Source: Thermoflexales bacterium (GTDB lineage Bacteria; Chloroflexota; Anaerolineae; Fen-1058). Taken from it: a stretch of DNA of 64,000 bases. Positions 27,013-36,904 of the stretch are shown here, in pieces. The stretch lies in NCBI GenBank assembly GCA_041740315.1, contig JBGSMF010000263.1, positions 2,165-66,164 on the forward strand. The letters run 5' to 3'. Position 1 is the stretch's first letter; each line of letters opens with the position of its first letter. Under the pieces are notes generated by a model. It saw nothing but the letters and a program-made list of their open reading frames with translations. It did not search any database and had not been told where the DNA came from. A program made the translations under genes and the position numbers.

Positions 27013-27885
27013 ATGAACAAAGAGTTGGCATTGCTGTTATGCATCGGCCTGTTGGCCGGCGCGGCGCTGAGCTGCACCATTTCTGTGCCTACCCTCAGTG
27101 TGGGCCCTGTGCAAGAAACAAGCCACACGCTGGGCATCGAGGACGCCAGCTCGGCCGATATTCAGTTGTCAATCGGCGCGGGCGAACTGACCGTATCGCC
27201 CAACGCAGATGGCTTGTTGAATGCGACCTTTCGCTATAACGTCCAAGAATGGCAGCCCAAGGTCGAGCGTAACAACGTAGGCAGCCTGGCCAGCGTCCTC
27301 ATCCAACAGGGCTCTGACAAAAACACATGGGGCATTGCCGGCAGCGGCGCGCGCAACGAGTGGGATATCCGCCTGGGCAACAGCCTGCCGATGCGCCTGA
27401 CGATTGGCGTAGGCGCGGGCAGCAGCAAGCTCGATTTGAGCGGCGTGCGCCTGTCGCGGTTGCGGCTAGACGGCGGCGCGGGCGATATGACGCTGAGATT
27501 CGACACGCCCAACCCTGAAGCCCTAAGTGAGATTCAAATTAATTCGGGCGCGGGCAAGGTTGACCTGCAAGGGATGGGCAATGCCAACTTTGAGCAGTTT
27601 AGCTTCAAGGGGGGCGCGGGTCAAGTATCGCTCGATTTCAACGGCGCGTGGACGCGCTCGGCCACGGTAGATGTCATCTCCGGTGTGGGCCAGGTGACTG
27701 TGCGCGTGCCGCGCGAGATTGGTGTAAGGGTAAAAACTAGCGGGTCGCCTGTGGGCAAGCTCGTCGTCGAAGGGCTAAAATCTGTTGGCGATGGCTATGT
27801 CAACGATGTGTACGACTCGGCAGAAATCAAGCTGGATATTTCGCTGACCACCGGCGTTGGCGAGGTGACAGTGACGGATAGATGA
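27013..27885 (+). CDS. Lipoprotein with beta-repeat domain (toast-rack/DUF2154-like)
   Basis: Lipobox LSC; repeated GAG-x-hydrophobic-x-hydrophobic-D units. Confidence 0.75.
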   Translation: MNKELALLLCIGLLAGAALSCTISVPTLSVGPVQETSHTLGIEDASSADIQLSIGAGELTVSPNADGLLNATFRYNVQEWQPKVERNNVGSLASVLIQQGSDKNTWGIAGSGARNEWDIRLGNSLPMRLTIGVGAGSSKLDLSGVRLSRLRLDGGAGDMTLRFDTPNPEALSEIQINSGAGKVDLQGMGNANFEQFSFKGGAGQVSLDFNGAWTRSATVDVISGVGQVTVRVPREIGVRVKTSGSPVGKLVVEGLKSVGDGYVNDVYDSAEIKLDISLTTGVGEVTVTDR

Positions 27886-27924
27886 TTAACAGCAGATGAT
27901 TAACGGATCAACGGAGGTACAACA

Positions 27925-29484
27925 ATGAAAACATGGGTTTCAACAATGAAAACATGGGTTTCAATTCTCAGCGCACTTGTATTGATTGGATTATTGGCCG
28001 GCACGGCCATGGCCGGTGAACTGCCGCAACGGGCCACGGCTACCCCTACCGCAACCACTACGCCAGAGGCCAGCCCAACACCCCCACCCACGTTTACGCC
28101 ACTGCCTACTTATACACCGCTGCCCACTTATACTCCGTTGCCTACTTATACCCCACCTTCCTCAGCCACGCCTGTGCCACCGAGCGCGACCCCAGTGCCT
28201 ACAGAGCGGCCAACTCGAGCGCCGCTGCCCACCATGCCGCCCGCGCCAACCCTGCCGCCCATCCACCGCGGTGGCGGAGATGATGGCAAAGTTATCTTTG
28301 GCGATAGCTATGAACTGGGCGAAGGCGAGCGGCTGCGCGGCGATCTGGTGATTTTTGGCGGAACTGTCATGCTCCGTTCTGATAGCCGCGTGGAAGGCGA
28401 CGTGGTGGTGATTGGCGGCAGCGCCGACATTTATGGGCGCGTAGATGGCAACCTGGTGATGGTGGGCGGCGCGGCCCAGCTGCGCGACGGGGCCTATATC
28501 AATGGCAACCTGGTGCGCGTGGGCGGCACGGTAGAACAAGAGGAAGGCGCTACGGTGCATGGCGAAATGACCACGGGCCCGGTGCCGCCGGTGGTGGTGC
28601 CAAAGGTTCGACCAGTGCGCTGGTGGCTGCTTAATCCGTTCGAGGCCATGGCCGATATCTTTTGGGCGTTTGTTTGGGCAGTTATCTTGGCTGTGCTGGC
28701 CATGGGCATTGCCGCGCTATGGCCTGTGCCCACCACCCGCGCCATGCGGGCGCTGACCGAAGCCGCGCCCACCAGTTGGGTGATGGGGGCGCTTTCGGCG
28801 GTGATCATGGGGTTGGGACTGTTGGCCCTGACCGTTATCTCGGCTATTCTTATGCTGGCCTGCATCGGCGTTTTTGGCCTGCTGATTGCAGCCGTTCTGG
28901 CCGTGGTGGCCGTAGCGGCCTGCCTGTATGGGTGGTTCGTAATAGGAACATTGATTGGACAGCGATTGGTAGACATGCTCAAAATCCGCGAGGGCGGGTT
29001 GATCATTGCCGCCGGTCTGGGCACCGCCCTCATCACCTTGATGTCGGCTCTGCCTTGCCTGGGGATCTTGACTGTCATCCTCCTGGCCCCGGCCGGACTG
29101 GGGGCCGTCATCCTGACGCGCTTTGGAACGCAAACCTATACGCCTGGCGCGCCTCCGCTAGGGCCGCTGCCACCGACGCTGCCAACCCCGCCTGCGCCGC
29201 CGTCTGCCGGGCCGATTGAGGTGCCTGGGCCAGTGATTGAAATCCCCGCGTCCCAAGAACCGGCCTTTACTTCTCCTGCTGAAGCGGCTGCTCCCGTTGA
29301 AACGGGAGTGCGCGAGATTCCGGCTGCCGCCGAGCCAGAAGCACCCCCAACTCCGCCTGCCGAGCCAGTAGTGACGATTGAGCCGGTGATAGAAATTGGA
29401 GCGCCCCAAGAGCCGTCGGTTGAATCAGCAGAGCTAAAAGATTCCTCAGCGGCAGAGGAAGCGCCAGAGGAAAAACAAGAGTAA
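27925..29484 (+). CDS. Membrane protein with Pro/Thr-rich stalk and bactofilin-like beta-helix repeats
   Basis: Signal peptide, (PTYTPL)n, repeated V.G(D/N)LV..GG, several TMs ending in LTRFG, Pro/Glu-rich tail. Confidence 0.75.
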   Translation: MKTWVSTMKTWVSILSALVLIGLLAGTAMAGELPQRATATPTATTTPEASPTPPPTFTPLPTYTPLPTYTPLPTYTPPSSATPVPPSATPVPTERPTRAPLPTMPPAPTLPPIHRGGGDDGKVIFGDSYELGEGERLRGDLVIFGGTVMLRSDSRVEGDVVVIGGSADIYGRVDGNLVMVGGAAQLRDGAYINGNLVRVGGTVEQEEGATVHGEMTTGPVPPVVVPKVRPVRWWLLNPFEAMADIFWAFVWAVILAVLAMGIAALWPVPTTRAMRALTEAAPTSWVMGALSAVIMGLGLLALTVISAILMLACIGVFGLLIAAVLAVVAVAACLYGWFVIGTLIGQRLVDMLKIREGGLIIAAGLGTALITLMSALPCLGILTVILLAPAGLGAVILTRFGTQTYTPGAPPLGPLPPTLPTPPAPPSAGPIEVPGPVIEIPASQEPAFTSPAEAAAPVETGVREIPAAAEPEAPPTPPAEPVVTIEPVIEIGAPQEPSVESAELKDSSAAEEAPEEKQE

Positions 29485-29487
29485 ATG

Positions 29488-29520
29488 ATCCTCCCGCAAG
29501 TTCATAACTTGCGGGAGGAT
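29488..29520. repeat. Perfect 15-bp inverted repeat (MITE core, probable terminator between convergent genes)
   Basis: ATCCTCCCGCAAGTT-CAT-AACTTGCGGGAGGAT, related to the 26860 element. Confidence 0.75.
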
Positions 29521-29675
29521 TGCTTTTAGGCCTCGGCAATAGCCTTGTCTGTTTTTCGCACCTGCCGATTGTTGGAGACGTTCGCGCATGGGGATGCGCG
29601 AACTGTTCAAATATTCGTGGGGGCAGGTCTCAGACCTGCCCATACGCCGGTGGTGTTATTTGAACAGTATTGGGC

Positions 29676-30476
29676 TTAGGCGTGGGTCATTGTCATTTTG
29701 GTATAAACCACGCCAAAGCCTTGTCGTTCTACATTGCGCTGTGAATCGCTGTCAGGGAAGGTATAAGTTACGGCCAGGTTGCAGCCTTGGGTCGCAGCAA
29801 AAGCCAGCCGCGCGTAAACCAGTGCCGTCTGCACGCCACGGTTGCGAAACGCCACCCGTGTGCTGGCCGAAAAGAGCACCGCCAGATCTTTATGGATTGC
29901 AACAACGCCTCCGCCGGCGGGTTGTTCAGTGATGCAGGCCAAAAAGGGATAGGCATTCTGCATAATGGGAAAGGCCAGGCTAATGCCCGGCTCGGCATCA
30001 TCGCGGGCGTCAAAGCCCTGGCTGACTGTGCGCGCCCACAGCTCGATTTCTTGGGGTTCAATGGGGCGCACGACCATTCCCTCGGGGGGAAGGGGAAAAG
30101 ATTCATCTCGGCTCAATTGGCGAACCAGCACATTGTTGGCCTCCATGATGCAATAACCCCGCGCCCCCAGCAGCTCGATCAGCGATCTATCTACCAGCGG
30201 GCAAAGGTCAATCTGCACTGGCGTGCTGCGGCTGCGGTAAAAATCTTCAACCCGCTCAATATCTGCCTGCGTAACTGGGCCGTGCAGCCCCAGCCCCACA
30301 ATGCGGTTCACCGGCGCGCCTGGGCCGGAATAGACCGCCGGCATACCGCCAATGATTTCTATGGCGACATTAGCTTCTGGGTGCACATGCTCCCAGGCGC
30401 GCGCGTAATCTATGCAGCCTTGCGCGTCAGCGGCTTCTATGCGACGGGCCAGATCAAGATCGGCAAGAATGGTCAT
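29676..30476 (-). CDS. GNAT family N-acetyltransferase
   Basis: FRNRGVQTAL acetyl-CoA motif, SQRNVERQGF. Confidence 0.85.
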   Translation of the reverse strand: MTILADLDLARRIEAADAQGCIDYARAWEHVHPEANVAIEIIGGMPAVYSGPGAPVNRIVGLGLHGPVTQADIERVEDFYRSRSTPVQIDLCPLVDRSLIELLGARGYCIMEANNVLVRQLSRDESFPLPPEGMVVRPIEPQEIELWARTVSQGFDARDDAEPGISLAFPIMQNAYPFLACITEQPAGGGVVAIHKDLAVLFSASTRVAFRNRGVQTALVYARLAFAATQGCNLAVTYTFPDSDSQRNVERQGFGVVYTKMTMTHA

Positions 30477-30572
30477 AGTAGCTCCTTCTTACAGAACCCA
30501 CAACCCTCTACAAGGCTGTGTTGTCATTCGCAGTTTTTCTCTGCGCTCTCTGCCGTTACGGTGAAAAAACTT

Positions 30573-33032
30573 TTAGTGGGGGGTAGGGGGTTTGTATTGC
30601 ACCGGCAACACTAGATGAAAATGGCTGCCGGGCATTTTTTCTTCATCGTGGCCGGTACTATGCACCCAGATACGGCCGCCATGCGCTTCTACAACACCCT
30701 TGGCAATGGCCAGCCCCAGGCCGGGGCCGCCGCCCTTGAACTTGGTTTTGCCAGAAGAGTGCAGGGCTACCTGGCCGGTCTGGTAAAACTTTTCAAAGAT
30801 CAGGTCGTGGAATTGGGGGTCAATGCCAATGCCGGTATCGCAGACAATAAACTCGATTGATGGGGTGTCTTCTCCCAGAGCAAGTGGGGCACACTCTCGC
30901 CCGCTGACGGTGATGACGCCGCCATCGGGCGTATACTTGATGGCATTGATGATGAGCTGGTAAAAGACCTTGCGCACCAGGTCGGGGTCGGCCTCGATGA
31001 GGGGGAGGCTGCTCATGTCCTCGATGTTCAAAGTGAGATTGCGCTCTAGCAGGGCAGTCTTGAATTCGTCGTGCACGTCACGGATTTGCATGGGCACAGA
31101 AACCGGCTCGGTGTGCAGCTTGAGCGCGCGGGCATCAATCTTGGTCATGTCCAAGATGGTGTTGACAATTTCGTGCAGGCGGGCCGCGCCGGTGTTGATC
31201 GATTCGACCAACTGGCGGTGAAACTCGTTGGCCCTGATGGCCGAATCGCCCAAGAGCATCTGGCTGGAACCGCGCAAGACGGTAAGCGGCGTGCGCAGCT
31301 CGTGGGCCACCACCGCAATAAAATCTGACTTGGCGCGGTCCAGCCGCTCTAGCTGGTCGAACGCCCGCCGCAGTTGATCGTACAGGCGGGCGTTATCTAG
31401 CGCCACCGCCGCCTGCCCGGCAAAAGTGATGCCCAGCGTGGCGTCTTCGCTCGTGTAGGGGTTGGGTGTTTCGCGTGTCAGCGATACCATGCCAATCACC
31501 TGGTTAGAGCGCACCAACGGCACGCCCATCCACGATTGGGCTTTGGGCAAATTTTCTGAATGTTGCCAGACGGGCCATTCTGCCACATTGGGAATGAGGA
31601 GCGGCTTTTGGGTGCGATAGATTTGATCAAAGATGTCATTCTCTTTGATGAGGATGCGCAACTGGGGATTGCCCCCGCCCGGAAAGCCGCGCGACGCCAC
31701 AAAATCCATTACCTCGCCGGTGGAGCTGGGCAGCATCACCGAAGCGCGGTCGTAGGAGATAATTTCGGCCATCCGGTCTAAAATCAGGTTGAGCACCTCG
31801 GTCAGATCGAGCGTGCCCGAAAGCGCCCGGCCCACCTCGTACAAGGTATCGGACAGGCGACGGCGAATTTGCTCTCGTTGGTAGAGCAAGGCGTTTTGAA
31901 TGGCAATGGTCACCTGGTCGGCCAGCGATTCAATGGCCGGCATATCTTGTTCACTAAAGGCCGCCAGTTGTTCGCACTGAATATCGAGCACGCCCAGCAT
32001 CGCCTCACCCCGTTGCAAGGGCAGCGCCAGTTCCGAGCGTGTGCGCGGCACCGACCTGACGAACACATAGCGGCTGTCTAGAGTCACATCATCCACGCGC
32101 GCAGGCTGGCGGTGCTTGGCTACCCAGCCAATGATGCCCTGTTCGCCTATCTTGAGCCGAAAGCCCTGCTGGCTCAGGGCGCGGCCCGCCTCGCCGGTGC
32201 CGGCGCGAGCCACCACATATTCGCCGCTTTCGTCTACCAGGAAAATGCCCACATAGTAATAGCCATAGCTGTCTTTAATCAGCTCGGCCACGTCGGTCAG
32301 CAGCGTGCTCAGATCGAGGATAGAAGCAACGCGGTGGCCAACGGCGCTGCTCAACTCTAGCGCGCGCCGGGAGCTTTCAGTTGAACTTAGGGCGGCCTCT
32401 AATTCGGCTTTGCGATATTCATCCTGAATGCGCAGCCCTTCCAGTCGTCGCACGGTCCTGATGCGCGCAACGTGTACCACCGCCGAAAGGGCAACGGCCG
32501 AGAGCATGGCAAAGCCAAAATGCTGCACCACGGACATTGATGTAGGCGGCAGGGTGAGCATCACCAGCACCCAGGCAACCACCGACACGCCCAAGACTGC
32601 CACCAGCCAGCGAGTGGAAAGCAACAAAAAGCCCACGCCCACGGCCAGCAGCATAACGTTGGTTGTTTGCAGCGGGTTGTATTCGAGGTAAAGATGGACC
32701 AAACTGTTTAGCAGCGCCAGCCCTGCTAACACACCACCAATGGGGTGCGCCCAACGCGGTGAAATAGCCCACCGGCCTAGTGCATAGCGAAGGGAAAAGA
32801 ACACAATGGCGGTGATGGCGGCCAGGGGCGCCATGACATACACGGTGGGCGCTTTGAGGAACAAGATATGGGCAAGCACAAAAAAAGCATAGAGCGCCCC
32901 CAGGCCAAGCAAAACGGGGCGCATGCTATCTAGCACAACCTTGTCGAGCGCCGCGCGCAGCTCAGCCTCGCTGAGTTGGGGGGTTGATGGTTTTAGGGCA
33001 TTGTTTTCACGACTATCGTTGCTCAAGCCCAC
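30573..33032 (-). CDS. Membrane-bound two-GAF sensor histidine kinase
   Basis: About 6 TMs, two GAF domains (GIIGWVA..SELALPL; SWMGVPL), HELRTPL, NAIKYT, DTGIGI, GLGLAIA. Confidence 0.92.
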   Translation of the reverse strand: MGLSNDSRENNALKPSTPQLSEAELRAALDKVVLDSMRPVLLGLGALYAFFVLAHILFLKAPTVYVMAPLAAITAIVFFSLRYALGRWAISPRWAHPIGGVLAGLALLNSLVHLYLEYNPLQTTNVMLLAVGVGFLLLSTRWLVAVLGVSVVAWVLVMLTLPPTSMSVVQHFGFAMLSAVALSAVVHVARIRTVRRLEGLRIQDEYRKAELEAALSSTESSRRALELSSAVGHRVASILDLSTLLTDVAELIKDSYGYYYVGIFLVDESGEYVVARAGTGEAGRALSQQGFRLKIGEQGIIGWVAKHRQPARVDDVTLDSRYVFVRSVPRTRSELALPLQRGEAMLGVLDIQCEQLAAFSEQDMPAIESLADQVTIAIQNALLYQREQIRRRLSDTLYEVGRALSGTLDLTEVLNLILDRMAEIISYDRASVMLPSSTGEVMDFVASRGFPGGGNPQLRILIKENDIFDQIYRTQKPLLIPNVAEWPVWQHSENLPKAQSWMGVPLVRSNQVIGMVSLTRETPNPYTSEDATLGITFAGQAAVALDNARLYDQLRRAFDQLERLDRAKSDFIAVVAHELRTPLTVLRGSSQMLLGDSAIRANEFHRQLVESINTGAARLHEIVNTILDMTKIDARALKLHTEPVSVPMQIRDVHDEFKTALLERNLTLNIEDMSSLPLIEADPDLVRKVFYQLIINAIKYTPDGGVITVSGRECAPLALGEDTPSIEFIVCDTGIGIDPQFHDLIFEKFYQTGQVALHSSGKTKFKGGGPGLGLAIAKGVVEAHGGRIWVHSTGHDEEKMPGSHFHLVLPVQYKPPTPH

Positions 33033-33245
33033 TTGGTCCTTGTGCTCATTGTGTCTGCAGCCGAGCCGCAGGTTGATCGAATGGTATCAAGCCATTCACG
33101 CAAAATTCTTGGCTGGTAGCTTTACGATGTTTGGCGAGTTATTGCAAGCCCATATAATTTTACGACTATTGTCAAATTATGGCAATTGCGGCAATTATGG
33201 CAATTTGGCAATTGAGGCAATTATGGGGATTCCGCGCGGAATCCC

Positions 33246-36200
33246 TTATGGCAACTGGCTAAAAACCTGATTTTGCCAATCCCACATCCGGCGATACAGT
33301 CCATCTGTTTGCAACAAGCCGGCGTGTTGCCCGCGCTGCACCACCCGCCCGGCCTGCATCACCAGGATTTCATCGGCCAGCTCCAGCCCCACCAGGCGGT
33401 GCGTAATGAGCAAAGTGCTGCGGCCTTGCATCAATGTGTAGATAGCGCGCAGCATCTGCCGCTCGGTCACTGTATCCAAGTTGGCCGTTGGCTCATCCAA
33501 GATCAAAAAGGGGGCGTCTTTGAGGAGCGCACGCGCAATGGCCAATCGCTGCCGCTCACCGCCGCTAAGGCGCAGCCCGTGCTCGCCAATCCAGGTATCA
33601 TATCCTTGCGGCAGCGATTGAATAAAGCCTTCGAGTTGCGCCAGGCGGGCGGCTTGTTCTAGCTCGGCCTGAGTGGCGGCGGGGCGGGCCAGCAGCAGAT
33701 TGCCTCTTATTGTCGCATTGAACAGGTAGGTGCGCTGGCTCACCACGCCAAACAGTTGCCGCACGGCATCGGGATCATATTGGCGCAGGTCGCGCCCGTC
33801 CAGCAGTATTTGGCCTTCCGCATAATCCCAAAAACGCAGCAGCAGGTTGACCAGTGTTGTCTTGCCCGCGCCGCTGGGCCCCACAATGGCCAGGCGCTTG
33901 CCCGGCGGCAAAGTAAAGCTGATGCCATCCAGCGCGGGCGGCTGGGTGGGGCTGTAGCGGAAACCAAGTTTTTCTATAACCAAATCAGAGTTAACTATAC
34001 AGAGATTAGGGGGATTTTCTTTGGCCTTTTCTGTGCTTCTGGGGTAAAAATCAGGCTGTACTTTTATGATGTCAAACAAGCGCCGGGCCGCTTGCAGGTT
34101 GCTTTCCAGGTATTGGGCGGCAGTGGGCAGCGGCAGCACCGCCTCAAAGCTCGACAAGGCTGCCAGCACTAACACGGCTAGATAAACGCCATTCAACTGT
34201 CCAGCGCCGACCATTGAAATGGCCAATGCCAGCACTGCAACGATCGCCATATTCATCAGCAAACTAACCAGCGCGTTTTGCAGCCCGCCCAGCCATGCCA
34301 GGCTGGCCTGCAAGCGCACCAACTTTTGGCTCAATGCTTGCACTTGACGCAGATGGGCATTTGCTTGCCCCAAGGCAAGCAGGTCGGCTAGGCCCTGAAT
34401 GCCGTCTACCAGCGCGGCATTTAGCTCTGCGCGAACGGTCACCACGCGCTGTCCGGCCGCGCGGCTGAGGATTCGCGCCAGCAGCGGGACGCCTGCGCCA
34501 GCCAGCAAGAAAAAGGCCAGCAGGGTTGCTGCCAGGCGCAAGCTAAGGCTGCCCAGCAAAATCCACATCAGCGCGCCGACGAGCACAGCCACCACTGGCG
34601 GGGCCAAGACGCGCACGTAGAAATGTTCCAGCGTTTCGATATCGGCCACCAGGCGCGTCAGCAAATCGCCGCTGCGATATTGCATCAGCCGGGCCGGGGC
34701 CAACGGCTCTAGCGCCTGGTAAAACCACACTCGCAAGCGCGCCAACAGGCGCAAGGTGACCTGGTGCGAAGCATAACGTTCCAGGTAGCGCAGGCCGCCG
34801 CGCGCAATGCCAAAAAAACGCACCCCCACAATGGCCACCTGCAAGTCGGCTATCGAGGGATGCAGGGCGGCGCTGGCAATGATAAAAGCCGAGGTTGACA
34901 TTAACCCAATGCTGCTGCCGATAGTGGCAAAGCCGAGCAAGGTTGCCAAAATCATCCAGGGCCAAAAAGGCTCGGCAAGGCGGAGAAGGGAAATGATTAA
35001 TTGCGAATTGTTAATTGTTAATGGCGAATGGTTAATTTTTGATGGTGAATGGTTAATTTTTAATTGTGGATTGTTAATGGTTAATGATGAATGGCTAATG
35101 AGTGCTGTAGGATCGTTGGTCGTCGGTCGTTGGTCGCTGGTTGCTGGTTGCTCGTCGGCATACGCCCCCACTAGCCGCCGGTAAACGCCGTCGCGCTCCA
35201 TCAGCGCCCTGTGTGTTCCGATCTCTACCACCCGTCCTTCGTCCATCACCACAATCTGGTCGGCGCGATAGACGGTGGCGAGCCGATGGGCAATGATCAA
35301 TACCGTGCGAGCTTGCAAAAGCTGCTCGATGGATTCTTGAATCAGCGCTTCGTGTTCAGGATCGAGGTTGGAGGTGGCTTCATCCAGTATGAGCAGGGGG
35401 GCGTCTTTTAGGAACGCCCGCGCCAGTGCGATGCGTTGGGCCTGCCCGCCGCTCAGCCGCGCGCCCCGCTCGCCGATGAGCGTTCCATAACCCTGCGGCA
35501 GTTCTTGGATGAACTCGTGGGCGTGGGCCAGCCGCGCCGCTCGCTCGATTTCTGCCTGGCTGGAACCGGGCCGCGCCTTTTGGATATTTTCGGCCACGCT
35601 GGCATTGAACAGATAGGGGTTTTGCGGCACCCAGGCCACCTGCGCGCGCCAATCGGTGGGGGATAGTTCGGCAAGCGAAACGCCATTGACGGTGATTTGT
35701 CCTCGCTGCGGCTGGATGAAACAAAGCAGCAATTGCGCCAGGGTGCTCTTGCCAGCGCCGGTTGGGCCTACCAGCGCCACCTTTTGGCCGGGAGCAAGCT
35801 GAAAAGAGACGCCGTTTGCGGCAGGGCGCTGGCCGTCGTCGTAGGTGTAGTGAACGTTGTCGAAGCGTATCAGGTATTGGAGATTGGGTATTGGGTGGTG
35901 CGTGTTGCGCGAATCTGGAATCTGAAATTTGAAATTTAAAATCTCAAAAATGCGAGCAGCAGCGGCCAGTGCCGAGGCGCGGGAATGAAAGCGCGCGCCG
36001 AGTGTGCGGAGCGGCAGGTAAAATTCTGGCGCAAGGATGAGGACAAAAAAGGCCTGCTCGAAAGACAGGCGCGCATAGAGCAAGCGCAGACCTACCTGAA
36101 CCGCCACCACTGCCGTGCTGAGGGTGGCCACCAGCTCTAGGACCAACGCCGAAAGAAAGGCCACGCGCAGCACGCCCAAGGTGGCTTGCCTGAATTGTTC

Positions 36201-36875
36201 AGTGACCTGGTGAATCACCGTCGCCTGGTCGCGGCTGCGGCCAAACAGCTTGAGCGTGGTCAGCCCTTGCAGCACATCTAAAAAGTGCGCGCTCATGCGG
36301 CTGAGCGAACTCCATTGCCGCCGGGTCAGGGCATCAGCCAGACTGCCGATCAAGATCATGAAAACAGGGATGAGCGGCGCTGTCAACAAAAAGACTAGAC
36401 CAGAGATCAAGTCGAGCGGGAAAACAAAAATCAAGATGGTGAGGGGAACCAGCGCGGCCAATGCCAGTTGAGGCAGGTACTGGCTGAAATACGCATCCAA
36501 CGCCTCAATGCCCTCGGTGAGGGTGTTGGTCAGTTCGCCGCTGCGCTCGCCCCGCGTGTAGGCCGGCCCAAGTTCCAACAAGCGCGCAAAAAGACGCTGG
36601 CGCAAGCTTTGCTTGACCTGGCCCGCAGCGCGATTGGCGCTTGTCTCGCTCAGCCACCCCAACGCGGCCCGCGCCGCGCCAAGCGCCAGCAGGCTGATCA
36701 GGAGGGGCTGCACATCGGGCAGTGTTTTGCCATCCAAGAAAACCTGGCTCACCACGCGACTGAGGCAGCCGGCTTGCCAGACGGTACAAGCTCCTCCCAG
36801 CAGGCCCGCGCCGATGGTGACGGCCAGTTCCAGACGCACTGCTTGAGCCAGGCGCAGCAGTTGACGGACTGGCAT
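33246..36875 (-). CDS. cydDC: Fused thiol-reductant ABC exporter CydD-CydC
   Basis: Two TMD+NBD halves (GPTGAGKST/LSGGQ and GPSGAGKTT/LSGGE); CydD YLPQ and APEFYLPLR, CydC RYLERYASH; downstream of cydAB; start uncertain. Confidence 0.9.
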   Translation of the reverse strand: MPVRQLLRLAQAVRLELAVTIGAGLLGGACTVWQAGCLSRVVSQVFLDGKTLPDVQPLLISLLALGAARAALGWLSETSANRAAGQVKQSLRQRLFARLLELGPAYTRGERSGELTNTLTEGIEALDAYFSQYLPQLALAALVPLTILIFVFPLDLISGLVFLLTAPLIPVFMILIGSLADALTRRQWSSLSRMSAHFLDVLQGLTTLKLFGRSRDQATVIHQVTEQFRQATLGVLRVAFLSALVLELVATLSTAVVAVQVGLRLLYARLSFEQAFFVLILAPEFYLPLRTLGARFHSRASALAAAARIFEILNFKFQIPDSRNTHHPIPNLQYLIRFDNVHYTYDDGQRPAANGVSFQLAPGQKVALVGPTGAGKSTLAQLLLCFIQPQRGQITVNGVSLAELSPTDWRAQVAWVPQNPYLFNASVAENIQKARPGSSQAEIERAARLAHAHEFIQELPQGYGTLIGERGARLSGGQAQRIALARAFLKDAPLLILDEATSNLDPEHEALIQESIEQLLQARTVLIIAHRLATVYRADQIVVMDEGRVVEIGTHRALMERDGVYRRLVGAYADEQPATSDQRPTTNDPTALISHSSLTINNPQLKINHSPSKINHSPLTINNSQLIISLLRLAEPFWPWMILATLLGFATIGSSIGLMSTSAFIIASAALHPSIADLQVAIVGVRFFGIARGGLRYLERYASHQVTLRLLARLRVWFYQALEPLAPARLMQYRSGDLLTRLVADIETLEHFYVRVLAPPVVAVLVGALMWILLGSLSLRLAATLLAFFLLAGAGVPLLARILSRAAGQRVVTVRAELNAALVDGIQGLADLLALGQANAHLRQVQALSQKLVRLQASLAWLGGLQNALVSLLMNMAIVAVLALAISMVGAGQLNGVYLAVLVLAALSSFEAVLPLPTAAQYLESNLQAARRLFDIIKVQPDFYPRSTEKAKENPPNLCIVNSDLVIEKLGFRYSPTQPPALDGISFTLPPGKRLAIVGPSGAGKTTLVNLLLRFWDYAEGQILLDGRDLRQYDPDAVRQLFGVVSQRTYLFNATIRGNLLLARPAATQAELEQAARLAQLEGFIQSLPQGYDTWIGEHGLRLSGGERQRLAIARALLKDAPFLILDEPTANLDTVTERQMLRAIYTLMQGRSTLLITHRLVGLELADEILVMQAGRVVQRGQHAGLLQTDGLYRRMWDWQNQVFSQLP
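34992..35152. repeat. In-frame heptamer tandem arrays forming the CydD-CydC linker
   Basis: About 15 units of TTAATGG/TGAATGG type followed by 6 units of TCGTTGG type. Confidence 0.9.
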
Positions 36876-36892
36876 GGGGATGCCAGTCTTGC
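36865..36892 (-). repeat. REP-like palindrome
   Basis: Minus strand GCAAGACTGGCAT-CCCC-ATGCCAGTCCG. Confidence 0.8.
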
Positions 36893-36904
36893 CGAGCCGA
36901 CGTT

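Noticed and set aside
28080-28160. 18-bp-period repeat
   Set aside because: It encodes the (PTYTPL)n linker with synonymous variation; an ordinary protein repeat.
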